NCBI GenBank assembly: GCA_973895155.1
Contig: OZ316895.1
Location: 13,627,186 to 13,691,185 of the forward strand
Direction of reading: 5' to 3'
Length of the DNA stretch: 64,000 bases
Source: Marsupella aquatica
Lineage: Eukaryota > Plantae > Marchantiophyta
Below the pieces are notes generated by a model. The model was not told where the DNA came from and did not search any database. It worked only from the letters and a program-made list of their open reading frames with translations. Numbering within the stretch: position 1 is the first letter of the stretch; each line of letters begins with the position of its first letter. Below, piece by piece: positions 60,147-64,000 of the stretch. The position numbers and the translations under genes were made by a program.

Positions 60147-61119
60147 AATAGGGACAGACATGTGGAATCTGGCTATAGTTGGGAGTTGAGGAGTTGTTGC
60201 CACTCTAGAACAATCTCACCAATCTGGTATCAAGCCTAGCCAGTAGTGCGCCAGTAGTGCGTATAGCGAGACCAGTCTGCTAGACCTATTTTGAAACCCC
60301 ACAGCCAGGCATTTGTTGCTCCTGAAGCCGGCCCCCATAAGCTCCACAAGCTAGCAGAACACAGCCCTTCAAGGCCTCTTGACTCTCTAACTTTCAACCA
60401 AATGTCTTTGAGGTTCTGGCAAATGCATCCGGCCATCTCACTTTCAATCCAACCATGGCTGACAATTTTTGGTGTGTGAAAGGCAGGATAGGTGAGGACT
60501 CAAATTGGACTGACCTTTCATTAACCCAGATCTGAGGGTGCCTCATCAGCTCACTAGACTCAGGGATTGCTGGGCTCTTTGGTGTGCACTGGTGAGAGTG
60601 CTCTTACCCCTTGGGCATCCTTACAAATAATCACACATCAAAATGTGGTATATATGGTGTATATTCATTGATTTAAAAACAACAACTAGGTTTATCATGG
60701 TATGGAGTAATATCGTACACTCTATATATCATATATCTTGATCTGCAATTACCAGAGGCCCCTTGGGGAGGACGCAGTGGTACGACACTTTCCTACTGGC
60801 CCCTGCAGATGCATGAATCTTCCTGTATCCGCCCAATCCTGAGCTCCGCTTACAAATATCCTCGACATGACATGACATGTCATGTCACGAAGACACACCT
60901 TCACGTAAACCCTCACAGCGCTGTACTGTAGGTCCTTCTGCGAGGGCACTGGCAGCGGGCAGCGGGCAGCCACCCCTTGCCCCCAAGCGGGGCAAAAAAT
61001 CTCATACGGTACGGTCGTAGCAGCGAGCGGGCCGACTGGAAAAACATGAAGCTCTCCTGCCCGCCGGCAGACCAAAGTGCTTGTACGGTACGGTCGAAAC
61101 AACGAGCGGGCCGACCGAA

Positions 61120-61230
61120 AAACACGTCCCTGCCCCGGAGCGAAAAACATGTCGTGCCCGCGACCGAAAAAGATTACTGGTGTCCTGCCCGCGACCGAAA
61201 AAGATTACTAGTGTCCTGCCCGTGAGCGAA
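61120..61230. repeat. ~31-bp GC-rich tandem repeats upstream of ferrochelatase
   Basis: GTGTCCTGCCCGCGACCGAAAAAGATTACT two to three times, plus degenerate copies. Confidence 0.75.
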
Positions 61231-61820
61231 AGAATGGAAACGAGAGAAACCTCACGACCGACGAATTGACGGACGGAAAATCGATGGACGGAGACCTCGA
61301 TGCCCTTCTTTCGCTCGCGGTCAGCTCACTCCAACTCGACTCTGCTGCACTACTCTACTACGACTGCGATGGAGAAACGAGAGGACGACGGACGACAATA
61401 ACCAACCATTCGTCGGTAGATAGAGCAGAGCTTTTCCGCCCCATCCGTTTCTGTCCAAAGCAAAGACATGGAGGGCTGGCACGGTCCGCACGGAAGTCCG
61501 GAACCACACTACTCTACTTACTTACTACTACTACTCCGACGGCTGCTCTTTTCGCTTCGCGACTAAATCCCGTCGACAAATCTGGGGACTGGTGGACTCT
61601 TGCGCCATCACTCACATCGGCGCACAATTCTCGACCCAAGTGAGGCAATAGGATCCATCCATCGTCTCGAACAGACTTGTGGGCGATTTGTCGATCGGTC
61701 CATCGAGGAGGAATGTGTGTGAGAGGGAGAGTGACTTGAGGAGGGATTGTCGTCGAGCAGGAGAAGGAAAGGGAAGGAAAGGATAGGACAGGGAAATAGG
61801 GCGGAGACTGATCTGGAGCA

Positions 61821-64000
61821 ATGCAATGCCTTCGGGCGAGTTTTAGGATAGATTGCGCTACTGCGAGCTGCTCCACCAACTCCACCGACCTAATTTTGCA
61901 CCACCATTCACCGCAACAACAGCTCTCCGGAGGTCGGGGAGGAGAGAGCCGTTCTTACTCCTCCTCCCCTTCGGCGAGCGATTCGGTCGTGGTTGTGACC
62001 CGGCGCCACTCCAATGCGTCGTCTTTCACAGGGTGAGTATTTTTGCGACCTATTCTGGATTTTGTCGGCAGCTATGTGTTCACGACTTTCTCGCACCTGC
62101 ACTCCATTATCTTCTTTCTGTATTGTAAGTGTCACCTGAAGGACATACCAGGAGAATTCCTGTCTTGTGAATTTGTTTCGATTCGGTCCGTCGAAGTCCC
62201 CACTTGTCACTTGTCTGCTGCTGCCCGTCTTGTTCCTCGCCTACCAGAGGCATAAGGACTGTCTCCCGCTTCGTCAGGTTTCATGTCATTAGTGTTCTAC
62301 GTGATGTTTCCAATTTTGACCTAATGAAATGCCGTGCCTCGCATCAGTTCGTCCTCTCAGCAGCAGGGGGATCGCCGTGTAATTCTCTGTCGCAGCGGCG
62401 TCGAGGAGGGCATTAAGGGCCATGGGGGGTTTTGGAATAGTCAAAACAATTCCCTTAGAGACCTGTCTTGCTTCGGAAGATCCCGTAGATCGAGTAGGCA
62501 AAATTATTTGTCGGCGCGGCTTAGAAGGGTTACGAGCAAGGAGGGAAGGAGGTTTTCAATTCCTCGAGCTACTGTAGCATCAGAGGAAGAAGTGGGAGAA
62601 GGCATTGAGGACGCATCGGAGAAATATGTACAGGAGGAGCGAGTAGGAGTGCTGTTACTGAATTTGGGTGGCCCAGAGACACTCGACGATGTTCAACCTT
62701 TTCTGTACAACCTCTTCGCGGACCCTGTAAGTCTAAGACCTTGTGCTCCTGTCTCAGTTTTCGTCGTGTGACAATGACCAATTCTTGTCCAGCTATTGAC
62801 TCTTGTTGTTCGATCCTCGTGCAGGACATTATTCGCCTGCCGCGATTGTTCAGGTTTTTGCAGCAGCCTTTGGCTGAGTTTATATCAAAATTGAGGGCAC
62901 CTAAAAGTACGGAAGCTTATAAATCTATTGGAGGAGGTTCTCCTTTAAGAAGGATTACCGATGAACAGGTTGGCCTTTCCAGGTTTAAGCTTCAGCACTG
63001 GAAAGCAGTAATATTGCTACCGAACTGGTTTGGAGAAATAAGCTTTATGGAAAGACTCAAAAAATTATATAAACTCTACGAAGAAAGCTTCAGGAACAGT
63101 GCTATGGCCAGGACCTTAGTTAGTATTTCTTATTACAAAATATGCATGATGTCTGATAACAGCCACCTTGTGCTTTTGGCCTCAAACCTTGTTAGGAATA
63201 ATAATGATAATTGAGGGGATCTCTTCAGGAGGCGCTAAAACCAAGTAGTTAATTGAGAAAAACAAAAAATTGAGAAGCACTTCCTTAGTTTCTACAATTG
63301 TTTACAGGCCGCCGCCCTTCAAGGAGCTCTGGCAGAGAAGAACTTACCTGCCAAAGTATATGTGGGAATGCGGTACTGGCATCCTTTCACGGAAGAAGCT
63401 ATTTATCAGGTGGGTTTCAGTGAGGCAGATTATGGGAAACGAGTATTGTGGAAAATCAGGGTTATCTGTTCCGTAATTATAATTGGGTGAAACTTCTAAT
63501 CGTGAAACAGCATCGTGGAAATGGGGGGTTATCTGTGCTGTAGTTTCTACTGTTGTTATGATCGATTTGTTGCAGTATCTTTTGTATCTTTCACAATCAG
63601 TACATTGATCTTTCGTGGGGACTGACAAGTTCTTTGCTTTCTCAATATTTTGGGGTATCTCAGATAAAGCAAGATGGAATTACAAGACTCGTGGTTCTCC
63701 CTCTCTATCCTCAATTTTCTATTTCAACCAGTGGATCTAGTCTTCGACTTCTGGAAGGCATATTTAGGTTTGTTACTGAAGCCAAATTCTCTCTGGTCAA
63801 TTCCAGTTTTAGACGAACAGGTTTTGTGTAGGTGTGTAGTTGAGTGTCCTGGTCAATGAGTTGAGAGATTATTTGAATCGAGGTTCCATTACGATACGAC
63901 TATAAAAAGAACTGTATGTGTCTCAGGATGGATGAGTACTTGGTGAACATGCAGCACACTGTGATCCCGTCCTGGTATCAGCGAGAAGGTTATGTTCAAG
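61821..64000 (+). CDS. hemH: Ferrochelatase, probably plastid-targeted; 5' part only
   Basis: [33 protein letters not shown]...[40 protein letters not shown]. Ser-rich N-terminus. Approximate exons 61821-62032, 62348-62726, 62825-62968, 63308-63409, 63664-63767, 63927 onward. Confidence 0.95.

Overview
Eukaryotic land-plant nuclear DNA with spliceosomal introns, probably a non-seed plant such as a bryophyte (inference only). Bases 1-18086 hold a head-to-tail tandem (10,888-bp period) of an Athila-like Ty3/gypsy element on the minus strand. Its LTRs are 4,669 bp long, and each carries a 1,124-1,210 aa coiled-coil ORF. A -1 frameshift cassette (GGATTTT plus a stem or pseudoknot) sits between protease and RT, and a copy of the PPT lies near the centre of the element. 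The array is nested in a decayed plus-strand gypsy element whose integrase ends in a PHD finger (18087-22234). The rest of the window has three intron-rich host genes (SAM carrier, DCAF1, 5' part of ferrochelatase), a complete but decayed Ty1/copia element with TSD, a non-autonomous Tc1/mariner-like element carrying a ~185-bp tandem array, and minisatellites. All comparisons were made by eye, with no database searches.
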